From the IMG/VR virus record IMGVR_UViG_3300012988_000001, positions 248,001-312,000 of that record: a stretch of DNA of 64,000 nucleotides; one strand, written 5' to 3'. Below are positions 10,747 through 21,264 of this stretch, in pieces. Both the position numbers and the translations under genes were made by a program. The notes under the pieces are model-generated. The model did not search any database and was not told the origin of the DNA. It saw only the letters and a list, made by a program, of their open reading frames with translations. The first letter of the stretch is position 1; each line of letters opens with the position of its first letter.

Positions 10747-11316
10747 ATGGAAGAAAATTCAGCAATTCAAAACTTGTACGATCAAGATGGTCTTCTAGAT
10801 ATCCTATTGGGTGTTGAGAAGTACTTCGATGATATGGACTTGTATGCATATAAGAACTGGATTTACGGTGAACTAGTAGAAGGTCCAATGGTTAGTAAGT
10901 ACTGGGTAGAAGTTACCTTTAAGTACGACCATGATACTTTCCCTGATCCTATGGGAACAAGGGTACTAGAACAACAAGGGACTAAAATATTCATTAAGCG
11001 TGATTTCGAAGTTACCCCTGTTGCGTTTCCTCGTAATCGAAATGATATGCAAGCAGTCGGTACACAAAGTGGGTCGGTATCCCTACCTAAAGATGAACGT
11101 ATCCCCGTCATTCTATATAAATTCCAAATCCCTCGCCGTATCATTAACCCTGAAAGTTTCGATGAGTACAAACTAATGGCAAGTACGTTCAATAAGAACG
11201 ATAACATGGATAATGAAGAACCAGATACCCAGCAGGACATGAGCATGGACAACGAAGAAGATGTTCAACAAATGGATCAGCAAATGGGTGGACAACCACC
11301 AATGGGAGGTATGTAA
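10747..11316 (+). CDS. Hypothetical protein
   Basis: AGGA RBS; TAATG coupling to the next gene. Confidence 0.75.
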   Translation: MEENSAIQNLYDQDGLLDILLGVEKYFDDMDLYAYKNWIYGELVEGPMVSKYWVEVTFKYDHDTFPDPMGTRVLEQQGTKIFIKRDFEVTPVAFPRNRNDMQAVGTQSGSVSLPKDERIPVILYKFQIPRRIINPESFDEYKLMASTFNKNDNMDNEEPDTQQDMSMDNEEDVQQMDQQMGGQPPMGGM

Positions 11317-11999
11317 TGAGTAAGCAATTAAATGAACGTGCGTTACGTCCAGACATTCTAAAAGATCTAGTTCACCCAATTATTAGTGTAGATGAATACA
11401 CTTCCAAGATTGGTGAGAACAATGTTGTTGTAGCATTTGAAGTACTAGATAACTTCGATGCTGCATATGATTTAAGTTCTTTTATTGAAAAATCACCAGT
11501 AGGTGTCATTGACACTGAAGCAAGTGAAACTCCTAACGTGGATGGTAGATATATAGTATTTTCTGAATTCGAACGTGATGGCGAATTTCCAATGCGTCTT
11601 TTACTATTAATTAAGACTATTGAAAACATTTGTCCTAATCCGGGTTGGAAAATACAACTATATGGTGTTAATGATCCAATTGATGTGGACTTTAAAACTA
11701 TTACTAAGAAAATGGTTCTTGTTAAACCAGATACTATTACCGAGTTTTTCGATCCAGCATCAGTATCAGTTGACATTCTCGAAGAAACCATACGTTTAAA
11801 CACTGCTTATGGACCATTGCACTTCCAAAAAGGAAGTGGTATAGTATCTGAAACATATGTAAAAAGTTTACTTGATGAAAAAACAGACCTTGACAATACA
11901 CGCTTAAGTGGTATTCTAGGAGAAGGGTTTGATGTTCTTCGTAGTGGAGAGCAGTACATCATTGGTAATAGAACAGGACAGTATGTTGTATTGAGATAA
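11316..11999 (+). CDS. Hypothetical protein
   Basis: GGAGG RBS; translationally coupled. Confidence 0.75.
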   Translation: MSKQLNERALRPDILKDLVHPIISVDEYTSKIGENNVVVAFEVLDNFDAAYDLSSFIEKSPVGVIDTEASETPNVDGRYIVFSEFERDGEFPMRLLLLIKTIENICPNPGWKIQLYGVNDPIDVDFKTITKKMVLVKPDTITEFFDPASVSVDILEETIRLNTAYGPLHFQKGSGIVSETYVKSLLDEKTDLDNTRLSGILGEGFDVLRSGEQYIIGNRTGQYVVLR

Positions 12000-12796
12000 T
12001 GAAAGTACTGAATTCCCTTTTAGCACTTCATGAAGTAACTAAATGCAGTACCCAAAAAAGTGGTCGCAATGGCCTAGCTAAAAGATTGTATGTTCGCACA
12101 TACGAGATTAACCGCATAGGCCGTGACTACGATGATATCAACCGAAAAGATGTTGGTACAGAGATGATTCTCAAAGCGTACTTAGCACGTAAGGTATATA
12201 TCAATGAAAAGAATCTCCGAAATAAGTTCTTCTTCTTTGAAGAGGACTATGAAAGTGAGAAGAAGTTTACTGATGGATTATGGAAGATATTTTGCATAGA
12301 AGTATTCGGTTCAGTACTACCTGAATTACCAGTACCCACTACATATGACGAATTAGAAAGATTATTCAGAAATGATGCACTGTACTTAGATTTCTCTTTA
12401 CACAAAACCGTTAAAGAGTCAGTCATCCATAACCAAATTAAAGGTGCAAATCATTTCCAAAGTATTAAAGACTTTGACTTGTATTGTTCCTTACCGGGAA
12501 TCCCCGGATGGACTGCACAGCAACATGGTGCTATGTTAGCTGATGGTCGGGTAGAAGCCCCACAGCGTCTTCTACAATGTTCAATCTCTATGTTCAAACT
12601 TGAATATGAAGGTTGTCCAGAACCGTACCAGTACTTCTGGAAGGAACGTGCTAATGCTGCGATGAACAAAGCATTGGTTATCCTACAGAAGACGTATATT
12701 ACAAAATTTAGAAATGCCACTATGTACGACAAGCCAGTACTTCCAGAGAAGTTCGAGCCTGTCAAAACATTCGTGTGGAACAATAAAAGAGCGTAA
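11999..12796 (+). CDS. Hypothetical protein
   Basis: Coupled ORF followed by a terminator. Confidence 0.7.
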   Translation: MKVLNSLLALHEVTKCSTQKSGRNGLAKRLYVRTYEINRIGRDYDDINRKDVGTEMILKAYLARKVYINEKNLRNKFFFFEEDYESEKKFTDGLWKIFCIEVFGSVLPELPVPTTYDELERLFRNDALYLDFSLHKTVKESVIHNQIKGANHFQSIKDFDLYCSLPGIPGWTAQQHGAMLADGRVEAPQRLLQCSISMFKLEYEGCPEPYQYFWKERANAAMNKALVILQKTYITKFRNATMYDKPVLPEKFEPVKTFVWNNKRA

Positions 12797-12822
12797 CATA
12801 AAAATTACGCTCTTTTTGTTTT
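12785..12822 (+). terminator. Terminator
   Basis: AAAAGAGCGTAA/TTACGCTCTTTT plus T run. Confidence 0.7.
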
Positions 12823-12828
12823 TAGGGG

Positions 12829-12857
12829 TTGACAGACTGAACCGGATGCCCTATAAT
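12829..12857 (+). promoter_or_regulatory. Sigma70 consensus (early) promoter
   Basis: TTGACA-17-TATAAT. Confidence 0.8.
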
Positions 12858-12922
12858 AACCTCACTTTATTGCAGTACACATTTTATTGAACACGATTAA
12901 AAACTAACATGAGGATTTGCCT

Positions 12923-13357
12923 ATGACAGCTAAAATTGAATTTTTCTACACCCACGGTCATTCTTACACTGCCACTAACGTAATTGAAGAATCGATCTGC
13001 ACTGATAACGACAAGGTTCTATATGTTCATGAAACTGTGAAAGAAGATCTAGACATTCATTCAACTAACGCAGTAACTGTTCAGAAACATGACCTAAAAT
13101 TTGCAATTATCACCTTCAGTGCAGATTCCGAACATTCCGGGTACACTGAAATCATCCACGGCCTAGTTGAGAAATTCGACATTATGGCAACCTTCGCTGA
13201 AGCTGAAAAAATTCGTAAGCTAGAAGCTGAAGATCGTGCCACCGAAGAACGTATTGCCTACAAACGCCAACGTGAAGCAGAAAAATATGTTGAGCGTCGT
13301 CGTAAGCGTTCCGCTGAACGTAAATCGGAAGGTCGCGGCAACCAACAATCAAACTAA
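12923..13357 (+). CDS. Hypothetical protein with a basic C-terminal helix
   Basis: ATG after GAGGA, downstream of an early promoter. Confidence 0.7.
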   Translation: MTAKIEFFYTHGHSYTATNVIEESICTDNDKVLYVHETVKEDLDIHSTNAVTVQKHDLKFAIITFSADSEHSGYTEIIHGLVEKFDIMATFAEAEKIRKLEAEDRATEERIAYKRQREAEKYVERRRKRSAERKSEGRGNQQSN

Positions 13358-13360
13358 GTG

Positions 13361-13388
13361 TTGACAGTACAAAATAAGTCTGTATAAT
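13361..13388 (+). promoter_or_regulatory. Sigma70 promoter
   Basis: TTGACA-16-TATAAT. Confidence 0.7.
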
Positions 13389-13441
13389 GTTTGACATGAA
13401 GGGGAGCAATCCGCTCCCTTATTAATTAAACGAGGACCGAT

Positions 13442-14575
13442 ATGAAAGGCAAATACTTCTTTATTGAAAATGGCAAAGAAATCGAAATCAAAGAATTTGA
13501 CTACAAATACGTTCGTAATGCCTTTCTAAAGGAGTATGATCGTAAAGCTAACCGTCAATACTGCTTCACTGTAATCGTGGACCGTACATATGACCCAGTT
13601 GGTGAGCCTGTCTTTGATGTTCGTGTACTGGATTTAAACGATATCTACTTTGATAACACACGTTTACGTATGCTCGAAGTAATGATTGACGAGATTAGCT
13701 GGGATAACAAAGCTACTACTCGTATTCAAAATCTTCCAGTTCCACCACTCCAGAAAGAGTATCAGGATTTCTTGGAAGGTAAAAAACGTAAAGCAGTGGT
13801 TACAACGGATTCATCTCCGCAGTTGATTGAGATTCCACCGCCACCACCATTAGAGCGTGTTCCAGTACTTGAGGATGATGCACGTATTCAGAGCGTTGAA
13901 CTTATGTTTGATGGTTCTGATATTGAAGTAAAACCAATGGTAGTACTGGATTGGGTTGATAACTTCCAAGTTGCTAACCACGAAGTATCTACACAAATGC
14001 GGGCTATGACCGAAAAGCAGATTAAGATGGTTGCTAACATCAATACGCACAGTCAGTACCTTCAAGGTGTAATGAAAAATGTGTCTAACGTGCTTGAAGA
14101 CATTTTCCCTGTGAATCCGGGGTTATTCAAGCGTATGTTTGGGAACACTGATTTCAAGATTAGTGCAGAAGATTTGCAGCCAAGCATTGAACGTTTACAA
14201 GCAGCAGTGAAGATTGATCCACGCCGTTTTGCTGGTATCAAAGAGACTTTTGATGAAATCAATACCTTAAGTACTGAAATCAAAGATTGTCTTGATCAGG
14301 GTGTGTTAGGTTGTAAGTTTGCAGTGGCAACGATTGAAGAATCTTTTGAATTTGACATTCGCGAAGAACGTCTAATGAAAATGGGTATCGTCGCCAACCA
14401 GACTCGTCTTTCTATGAAAGATGCTGAAATGAACTTCAATATCAGTATGGATAGCTTCAACGAAATCCAGACAGTATTGATTCCAGTTATCGTTATGCGT
14501 ATGCAAGCTAGCGTGAATAACAAGCTAGACGACGACACTGTAAACATGATCCGCAAGATTGCGAAAAAAGACTAA
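13442..14575 (+). CDS. Hypothetical protein with a coiled-coil C-terminus reminiscent of TelA/KlaA partners
   Basis: GAGG RBS; PGLFKRMFG segment resembles the TelA-type GFFGKLF; adjacent to TelA. Confidence 0.55.
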   Translation: MKGKYFFIENGKEIEIKEFDYKYVRNAFLKEYDRKANRQYCFTVIVDRTYDPVGEPVFDVRVLDLNDIYFDNTRLRMLEVMIDEISWDNKATTRIQNLPVPPLQKEYQDFLEGKKRKAVVTTDSSPQLIEIPPPPPLERVPVLEDDARIQSVELMFDGSDIEVKPMVVLDWVDNFQVANHEVSTQMRAMTEKQIKMVANINTHSQYLQGVMKNVSNVLEDIFPVNPGLFKRMFGNTDFKISAEDLQPSIERLQAAVKIDPRRFAGIKETFDEINTLSTEIKDCLDQGVLGCKFAVATIEESFEFDIREERLMKMGIVANQTRLSMKDAEMNFNISMDSFNEIQTVLIPVIVMRMQASVNNKLDDDTVNMIRKIAKKD

Positions 14576-14584
14576 AATAAACTG

Positions 14585-14612
14585 TTGACACAATCTGGTA
14601 GTGCTGTATAAT
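14585..14612 (+). promoter_or_regulatory. Sigma70 promoter
   Basis: TTGACA-16-TATAAT. Confidence 0.7.
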
Positions 14613-14665
14613 GTTCACATCAAGACGAGACAGCACTACATATTAACTTAAAAGAGGAATTAAAC

Positions 14666-15808
14666 ATGTCCGAGAAAGATATCACTCCAGCAACTAAAGC
14701 ACCACGTACTCGTAAAGCTGCACCGAAAGCAACTGCTACCAAGACCAAAGCGAAAGTTAAAGCTGAAAGTGAAGTTTTCGAACAGTCTGAAAAGCAGCTA
14801 CCGACATTGACCTCTGCAAAGGGTCAGACTATGGAACTGACTGTTTCTAACATTCACAACTTTGGTATGGAAGCTGGTCAAAGCATCTCTGTACTGAACG
14901 ACCAGATCCTTAACCGTGTTAAGGTTGCTGACAGCGGTGAATTTGGTGAAAGCGTAAACAACATTCTTGCTCTCACCCGTAGTGTTGACATTGAATCTTT
15001 GGGTAATAAAAACCAAGGCATCGTAGGTAAATTCTTAGGTTTGTTCCGTGACGCAAAACGTCAAGTAACCGACCAGTTGAACACCAGCTATGACCAGATT
15101 CAAGAAATCGTTACTACCCTTGATGGCGGCGTTGCACGTATGACCGATGAAGCACGTTGGTTGGAAAAAGTTTATACTGCTAACATCGAACATTTGAACG
15201 AACTAAAATCAGCACTAGTTTGCATTGAAGATGTGAAAGCACCACAAGAAGCTATTCTCGATGGTATGCGTTTGGACGACACTGTAGAAGTTGAGAAGTT
15301 CGAAGAACAGAAACTTATCGTAGAAGCACTCGATAAGCAAGCGGATAAAGTACGTCGTTTGATTACTCTATCCCAGCTAATGGCTCCACAGATTATGTCC
15401 ATGCGTAAGGTTAACACCAATACTCATGAGAAGTACCAGACTCTAATCACGACTACCATCCCAGCATGGAAGACGCAGATGAGCCTCGGTCTAATCAGTG
15501 ATGCACAACGTAAAGATAACGAGCTTTCAGCTAAGATCGATGATCAGACTAACCTACTACTATCCAATAACGCGGATACCGTAGCGAAGAACATGGTTGA
15601 CTCTGCTAAAGCTAACCAACGTGGGGTTGTAGATTTGGATACACTACGCAAAGTACAGAACACTATGCTCCGTGGTATCAACGATACCATCCTAGTAGAG
15701 CAGAGCGGTAAAGCAGAGCGTGAAAAAGCAAAACTTGAAATGGAAAAAATGGATCAAGATTTGAAAAACGCACTACTTGAGATTGCCGACAAAACTCACA
15801 AGAAATAA
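14666..15808 (+). CDS. telA: Toxic anion resistance protein TelA/KlaB family
   Basis: NFG.EA N-terminus, GIVGKFLG, SQLMAPQI, TTTIPAWK, TNLLL.NNA, RGVVDLDTL. Confidence 0.85.
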   Translation: MSEKDITPATKAPRTRKAAPKATATKTKAKVKAESEVFEQSEKQLPTLTSAKGQTMELTVSNIHNFGMEAGQSISVLNDQILNRVKVADSGEFGESVNNILALTRSVDIESLGNKNQGIVGKFLGLFRDAKRQVTDQLNTSYDQIQEIVTTLDGGVARMTDEARWLEKVYTANIEHLNELKSALVCIEDVKAPQEAILDGMRLDDTVEVEKFEEQKLIVEALDKQADKVRRLITLSQLMAPQIMSMRKVNTNTHEKYQTLITTTIPAWKTQMSLGLISDAQRKDNELSAKIDDQTNLLLSNNADTVAKNMVDSAKANQRGVVDLDTLRKVQNTMLRGINDTILVEQSGKAEREKAKLEMEKMDQDLKNALLEIADKTHKK

Positions 15809-15814
15809 TAAAAC

Positions 15815-15838
15815 AAAGGAGGCGAAAGCCTCCTTTTT
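15815..15838 (+). terminator. Terminator
   Basis: AAAGGAGGC-GAAA-GCCTCCTTTTT. Confidence 0.85.
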
Positions 15839-15852
15839 CATAGGAGAATTTT

Positions 15853-16068
15853 ATGAGTAAACCAGTTGTTGTTGAGTACTTTGAAGACCGATATGGGTTC
15901 GAAGAGAACCGTTTCTTTGGCCTCTTTACGTCTAAAGCATCATGGGAAAATTATTGCCAACATAACGGTATTACTATTCGCCGCCCGGATGGTGTATTCA
16001 GCCTACGTGACCACTATAACGATGGTACTTACACATATAATGCAAACGAAGTTGACTTTATTCAATAG
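15853..16068 (+). CDS. Hypothetical protein
   Basis: AGGAG RBS. Confidence 0.7.
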   Translation: MSKPVVVEYFEDRYGFEENRFFGLFTSKASWENYCQHNGITIRRPDGVFSLRDHYNDGTYTYNANEVDFIQ

Positions 16069-16076
16069 GAGGAATA

Positions 16077-16784
16077 ATGGCAGAATTAAAACGCCGTGAT
16101 GTAACTATCGATATCGAATCTTGGGGTACTCCTGAGAATAGCGGTTACGATATTATCATCCCTAACTACGCACTAGTTGTAGTACCGGATGAACCAGAAA
16201 CATATGATCTAGAATGGCTATACGTACAGCTACCAATCCAACAACAGATTGAGAGTGGTCTAAAGATGGATGCTAGTGCTCTATCTTTCTGGTTTGATAT
16301 GTGTGCACAAGATTACCCTCATGCACTAGAAGAAATGAAGAAGTCTCTTACCCTCTCTGCTCCACGTATCCGTACTCGTAATTATGAACCTTTGCGATTG
16401 AACTCATATCAGGATCTTGTTGTTCCAGATCCTAGTACTATCGTGGAGAACTTCATTAGCAATTTCTATCGCAATGAAGGTAAGATTTGGGGTAATGGTT
16501 GTCACTTTGACTGTAGCATTTTACAAGCGAACCATCGCCTACTCTTTGGCAACAGCACAATGTGGAAATATAATGCACCACAGAACGCTAGGAGCCTCAA
16601 AGACCTTCTAAGTGAGAAACAACGTGAAGAGATGGATGCCATCGTTAAAGACTATCTAGGACGCTTTGAAACGACTATGCGTGTGGAATGTGGGATCACC
16701 AATCTTCAGCTACACCACCCGTTGTATGATGCAGCACGTGAAGCCCTTCAGGTTTCTTATTGCCGTAAAGTTAAAAACGGTTGA
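16077..16784 (+). CDS. DEDDh 3'-5' exonuclease (ExoVIII C-terminal/RNase AS-like)
   Basis: TIDIES, WGNGCHFDCSIL and HHPLYDA motifs. Confidence 0.8.
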   Translation: MAELKRRDVTIDIESWGTPENSGYDIIIPNYALVVVPDEPETYDLEWLYVQLPIQQQIESGLKMDASALSFWFDMCAQDYPHALEEMKKSLTLSAPRIRTRNYEPLRLNSYQDLVVPDPSTIVENFISNFYRNEGKIWGNGCHFDCSILQANHRLLFGNSTMWKYNAPQNARSLKDLLSEKQREEMDAIVKDYLGRFETTMRVECGITNLQLHHPLYDAAREALQVSYCRKVKNG

Positions 16785-16808
16785 CAGGCGTTATGGGTGT
16801 GCTATAAT
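16781..16808 (+). promoter_or_regulatory. Sigma70 promoter
   Basis: TTGACA-16-TATAAT. Confidence 0.65.
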
Positions 16809-16838
16809 CTCTGCACACCCAAATTAAGAGGATAAATC

Positions 16839-17933
16839 ATGTTAGATTTTGCTATTCTCTTCATACCAGCATTCTTAGTAATGATTGCCATGAAGATGAT
16901 GTATGACCACAAGATTACTGCTAAAGAATTAGGTATTCACCTTGCAGCAGTAATTATTGGTGCAGCAGTAATCTTAGGTATTAACTACGCTTTCCTGTAT
17001 AGCAATTTACAAGATGTTGAAGTACTGAATGGTGAAGTCACTGGTAAGTACAAGCATACTGAAATATGTACGCAGTCAAGTTCTTGTAAGCGTTATACAT
17101 TAAAAGAAAAATGTCACACATATCGCAGTGATGGTAAAACTAAAAAGTCATGTAAGACTTACAAGAAGTTCCATTACTATTCAGAGTTTGACTGGTACAT
17201 TACCAGTACTGTTGGTAAAGTTGAAGTTGAGCGTGTTAACAGTCGTGGTGATGTAATGCCTCCACGTTACGACATTGCTAAGATTGGTGAACCAGCTAGT
17301 GCTGAACACACATATACAAACTATTTGTGGGCCGATGAGCATTCTCTCTTTGCTCCAGAGAACTTCGAAGAGAAGTATCCTGAAGATTATAAGAAGAATA
17401 TTCCAAGCTATCCTTTGGTTTACGATTTATATCGTACAAACCATATTGTCAACTTGACAAGCGTACCGAGTACAGGCTATAATGAATTCATATCGGATGT
17501 GCTACGCACCGAAGGTGAAAAGAAGCAGTTAAACATTACTGTGGTTATGTACAATAGCAACGATCCACAATTCGTAGATGCTACCTTGACCAAATGGCGT
17601 GGTGGCAAGAAGAATGATGTACTCATGTTCTTCGGAATCAACTCCGAGGGGAATGTGGATAAATTCTTTAGTACATCGTTTGCTGGTGGTATGAAAAACG
17701 AAATGCTTCATGCCAACATGCGTATTGATGCGTTGAGCGAGAAAATGTCGCTTGATTTGTTGAAGAAACAGGTATATACTACTGTTCAGAAATACGAGAG
17801 GTTACCAAACGAAGAGTTCAAGTACATGAAATATCGTCTTGAACCTAAGAAGGAAATCATCGTAGTGTGTAGCGTAGTGCTACTAATTATCTCAATGTTT
17901 ATTGGCTTCTATATGAGGGACAACGATTTATGA
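16839..17933 (+). CDS. Membrane protein (3 TM segments, Cys-rich extracytoplasmic domain, TPM-like WRGGKKND segment)
   Basis: Hydrophobic N- and C-terminal segments. Confidence 0.7.
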   Translation: MLDFAILFIPAFLVMIAMKMMYDHKITAKELGIHLAAVIIGAAVILGINYAFLYSNLQDVEVLNGEVTGKYKHTEICTQSSSCKRYTLKEKCHTYRSDGKTKKSCKTYKKFHYYSEFDWYITSTVGKVEVERVNSRGDVMPPRYDIAKIGEPASAEHTYTNYLWADEHSLFAPENFEEKYPEDYKKNIPSYPLVYDLYRTNHIVNLTSVPSTGYNEFISDVLRTEGEKKQLNITVVMYNSNDPQFVDATLTKWRGGKKNDVLMFFGINSEGNVDKFFSTSFAGGMKNEMLHANMRIDALSEKMSLDLLKKQVYTTVQKYERLPNEEFKYMKYRLEPKKEIIVVCSVVLLIISMFIGFYMRDNDL

Positions 17934-18490
17934 AAAACGCAATTTTAGCAGTAGTTGCACTGTTGGTAGTTATTGTACTTGGTGTAGCTGGTGTGGTTGG
18001 TATGTACAGTTCCACACATGACACTGCGGTTGAATTCGAAAGTAATATCAAGCGTTTTTATGATGCATCCGAAAACGACTTGAGCAAATATACATTGTCG
18101 ATTCAAGATAAAACACAAATCTCTGAACTATATGTTGGTGACTTGCGTTCAGTAATCGGTGAGTACTTCAATGGTAAGCAAGGCGTTTCTGAGAAACAAG
18201 TAATGTCCTTCATCCAACAGCACATCCCGAATTTGGATAGCAAGATTTATCAAGAACTATTAGCAACAATCGAAGCTGGACGTACTCAATTCGCGAACAC
18301 CCAGAAGATGAAGATTGATCAGTGTGCTTCTTATGACAAATTCCTAAATGGTTTCTGGAATAAGAAGATTATTGATTCAGCAGTCTTCCCATCTAAAGAG
18401 AAAGCACACTACTGTGTGGTAGTATCTGACAAGCAGACACGCACTGCAATGGAAACTGGCATTCAAGAGCCAATTAAACTAAAGCGTTAA
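17930..18490 (+). CDS. Membrane-anchored LemA-like protein
   Basis: N-terminal TM; IPNLDSKIYQELLATIEAGRTQF resembles LemA. Confidence 0.55.
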   Translation: MKNAILAVVALLVVIVLGVAGVVGMYSSTHDTAVEFESNIKRFYDASENDLSKYTLSIQDKTQISELYVGDLRSVIGEYFNGKQGVSEKQVMSFIQQHIPNLDSKIYQELLATIEAGRTQFANTQKMKIDQCASYDKFLNGFWNKKIIDSAVFPSKEKAHYCVVVSDKQTRTAMETGIQEPIKLKR

Positions 18491-18499
18491 TGATACAAT

Positions 18500-18525
18500 G
18501 AGAGTGCTGAGGCACTCTCTTTTTT
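18500..18525 (+). terminator. Terminator
   Basis: GAGAGTGC-TGAG-GCACTCTC plus T run. Confidence 0.75.
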
Positions 18526-18537
18526 ATAGGTACAAAT

Positions 18538-19209
18538 ATGACACAAGCAGGAACATTCGATGAATGGATGGCTGATACAGCAGCCTTAATAAACTTAATT
18601 CAGGAATTAGGCGATAGACGATGGAGTATCAAATCATACAACTCCCCTCACTTCTCTTATTCTTATGATGGTAATAATTGGACTTTCAAGTACAGTAGAG
18701 TACTAGAACCGATTGAAGACCTTCGTGGTGCACAAGCTGCATTACAACAAGCCCAACAAGCAGCCTCATTAGCTTCACAATCTATAGCTGGTCCAATTGG
18801 TGCACCCGGTGGCCTACCCCAAATGTATGGCAGTTATATCGCTGCTCAACCCGGTATTCATACTCATGGTATGAGTAACATGACGAAAACTACTCCCGGA
18901 ATCAATCATATAATCATCGTACTCGGTGGTGTGAACAGCAATTGTATTCAAAGTGTGCAATGGATTCGTAAACCAAATAGTGGTTTGTCTATAGTGAGTA
19001 ATTTAGATTCAACTTTCGGTAATATGGAAGGTGGAACCGCACGTGGTTCTTTCCTATTCTTACCGAACATGAAAATTCTTGTTAATGACAAAATCTACTC
19101 CAATGACACCCCGGATGCATTCACCCAAGATATTGGTGGTGATGATCAACCTTTCCGGTACTTAGACCTTCTCGCATTTAGGGAGAAATATGATGGGCCA
19201 ATTTATTGA
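18538..19209 (+). CDS. Hypothetical protein
   Basis: ORF with RBS; weak match to the shared motif (PDAFTQDIG). Confidence 0.65.
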   Translation: MTQAGTFDEWMADTAALINLIQELGDRRWSIKSYNSPHFSYSYDGNNWTFKYSRVLEPIEDLRGAQAALQQAQQAASLASQSIAGPIGAPGGLPQMYGSYIAAQPGIHTHGMSNMTKTTPGINHIIIVLGGVNSNCIQSVQWIRKPNSGLSIVSNLDSTFGNMEGGTARGSFLFLPNMKILVNDKIYSNDTPDAFTQDIGGDDQPFRYLDLLAFREKYDGPIY

Positions 19210-19669
19210 GAAACTAGAAAGAATTTCCCCACTAATCGGGAAGCACAATTTTTATGAAACAGTACAAAGAACTAGATGCTATTGGAAATCAATGCAAGAA
19301 TACAATTTACATGAGAACTTAGCAATTCTAGGTGAGGGTGATAAAATTGATATCATAGTACCATCGTACACTAATGACAAATTCACACAACTATCACTCA
19401 CCAAAGCAGGTGAGTGTGCTTGTGTAACCTATTGTCCAACATACGGTGGTATAACCCTAAAGATCTTCGTTGATGAAAACAATAAGATAAAATCTATCTT
19501 AGCTACAGATAACGACATGGACGGTAGACCAGTACTTGATGTGTTTTACGGGAATGGATTTGTACGTTTATTCCACATCGTGATACCACGTGAAGAACTA
19601 TCAGAAACCCTATTTCAATTTAACACAATCGATAGTTCAGATCTATCGTTCTTAGAGGATTTTGCATGA
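19190..19669 (+). CDS. Hypothetical protein, FQ-motif family
   Basis: C-terminal SETLFQFNTID. Confidence 0.7.
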   Translation: MMGQFIEKLERISPLIGKHNFYETVQRTRCYWKSMQEYNLHENLAILGEGDKIDIIVPSYTNDKFTQLSLTKAGECACVTYCPTYGGITLKIFVDENNKIKSILATDNDMDGRPVLDVFYGNGFVRLFHIVIPREELSETLFQFNTIDSSDLSFLEDFA

Positions 19670-20199
19670 ATTACTTACGTACACATTTGGATAAGAAAAC
19701 TGTCCAGACTATTTGTGATAAAATTAGAGAAGAGATTCTTGACAAGGTTCAGACTTTCGACTATACTGTGTTTGAACATTTCAAACCAGAAGATCAAACC
19801 ACAATCCAGCGTATTAACGTGGATGTGAAGAATAATGTACTAACACTTAGTCGAATGCTTAAATTTGATTACGTAGATATTAATAATAATTACGATCCTT
19901 ACCGTTATTCACCAAACCAGTACTCAATGAGACAAATCTATGTTGATTTCAAAATTCGAGTACTTCCAAAATCGGGAAAAGTAACTTCGGTTACTATCGA
20001 ATTGGGAATGGATGGTCAAAGCAGAAATGAGGGAGTGGCATTCGGTCTATATGTTGGTGATGAGAAGTTCTTGATCAATAACGATTTCTATGATCGGGAA
20101 TCCTTCGAAGGTCATGTTTTTCAACAATCAACGGTTGACAAGGCAGAGCCTTTTGGGTTAGACTATGTACTCGAAATCATTCAAAAACTAAAGGTGTGA
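19666..20199 (+). CDS. Hypothetical protein, FQ-motif family
   Basis: EGHVFQQSTVD. Confidence 0.75.
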   Translation: MNYLRTHLDKKTVQTICDKIREEILDKVQTFDYTVFEHFKPEDQTTIQRINVDVKNNVLTLSRMLKFDYVDINNNYDPYRYSPNQYSMRQIYVDFKIRVLPKSGKVTSVTIELGMDGQSRNEGVAFGLYVGDEKFLINNDFYDRESFEGHVFQQSTVDKAEPFGLDYVLEIIQKLKV

Positions 20200-20202
20200 A
20201 TT

Positions 20203-20391
20203 ATGATGCAATTTCTCTTGTTGGTTAGCGTTCTACATTATGGTCAAACCCAGCAGTTGCAACCTCTAAATGTAGAGACATTGCAGATTCAAACACGCTC
20301 CTGTGAAAACGCAGAAGCAAAAATTCGTGAGTACTATGCAAATGAACGGTACTCACGTATCATTAACCTAAAATGCATGAGGATGGATTAA
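20203..20391 (+). CDS. Small exported hypothetical protein
   Basis: Signal-like N-terminus; two Cys. Confidence 0.55.
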   Translation: MMQFLLLVSVLHYGQTQQLQPLNVETLQIQTRSCENAEAKIREYYANERYSRIINLKCMRMD

Positions 20392-20392
20392 T

Positions 20393-20761
20393 ATGATCTG
20401 GATTGCCCTTATTACGGTAGTAACTCTTTATGTGCTGTACTTCATGTTTCGCTTTGCAGCAACAATTCAGGGTGTTATTTTAAAGACTGATACTAAATCA
20501 GCATTTGGCTTCATCGCTGACTATCCAAAGTCTTGCATTATTGCAGCTTTAGTGGTTATGGGTTTGAGCCTTAGCCAGTACTACAATCATATCTACGCAA
20601 TGTATGATTGCACAGTACAGCAGAAAATCCATAAGGCCGCTAATAGTGAGTACTCATGGTATAATGCAGAATGTAACTTCCAAGATAAGAACGGTGTATT
20701 CATTAACATGAAACGCGTCCGGGGTCTACCCGAAGGTGCAAACGAACAAGTAGAGGAATAA
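20393..20761 (+). CDS. Membrane protein
   Basis: Two TM segments; GGA RBS. Confidence 0.7.
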   Translation: MIWIALITVVTLYVLYFMFRFAATIQGVILKTDTKSAFGFIADYPKSCIIAALVVMGLSLSQYYNHIYAMYDCTVQQKIHKAANSEYSWYNAECNFQDKNGVFINMKRVRGLPEGANEQVEE

Positions 20762-21264
20762 TGATGTTTGAGTGGGATCAAGAGAAGCATGAGTACTTCG
20801 ATCCTACTGAAGACGGATTTACCCATATCAATACCTATAGTAAAGGTCGTACCGAATTGGGGAGGATGCTATCAAATTTCGCATTCTCCCCTTTTGTGTA
20901 TGAAGAATATGGTAAGTTCAATTCAGTAGAGGCTTTTTGGTACTGGTACTTAACCGGACAAAAGCATGATGACTTACGTACCCTAAGTGGTTCTTATGCT
21001 AAAGTAAAAGGTCAGAGTTATCATGCTGACCGTACTGAGCATTCACTTACAGAAGAAACCATAGAAGTGATGCAAGGTGCTATTATATGTAAAATTGCAC
21101 AGAATGAAAAACTACAGGAGATGCTAATTTCTAGTACTCTTCCATTCTGTCATTATTACTATATGCATGGTCGGGTTATCAATCCATTTGATGGTCATGA
21201 TTGGTTCTCTGAAACATTGGAGGATATCAGGACTGCGTTAAAATCTGGGACAACTGACCATTAA
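20761..21264 (+). CDS. NADAR-like protein
   Basis: LSNFAFSPF, FNSVEAFW and KIAQNEKLQEMLIS resemble NADAR/YbiA motifs LSNF, F.T.EHY.Q and KF.QN..L...LL.T. Confidence 0.6.
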   Translation: MMFEWDQEKHEYFDPTEDGFTHINTYSKGRTELGRMLSNFAFSPFVYEEYGKFNSVEAFWYWYLTGQKHDDLRTLSGSYAKVKGQSYHADRTEHSLTEETIEVMQGAIICKIAQNEKLQEMLISSTLPFCHYYYMHGRVINPFDGHDWFSETLEDIRTALKSGTTDH

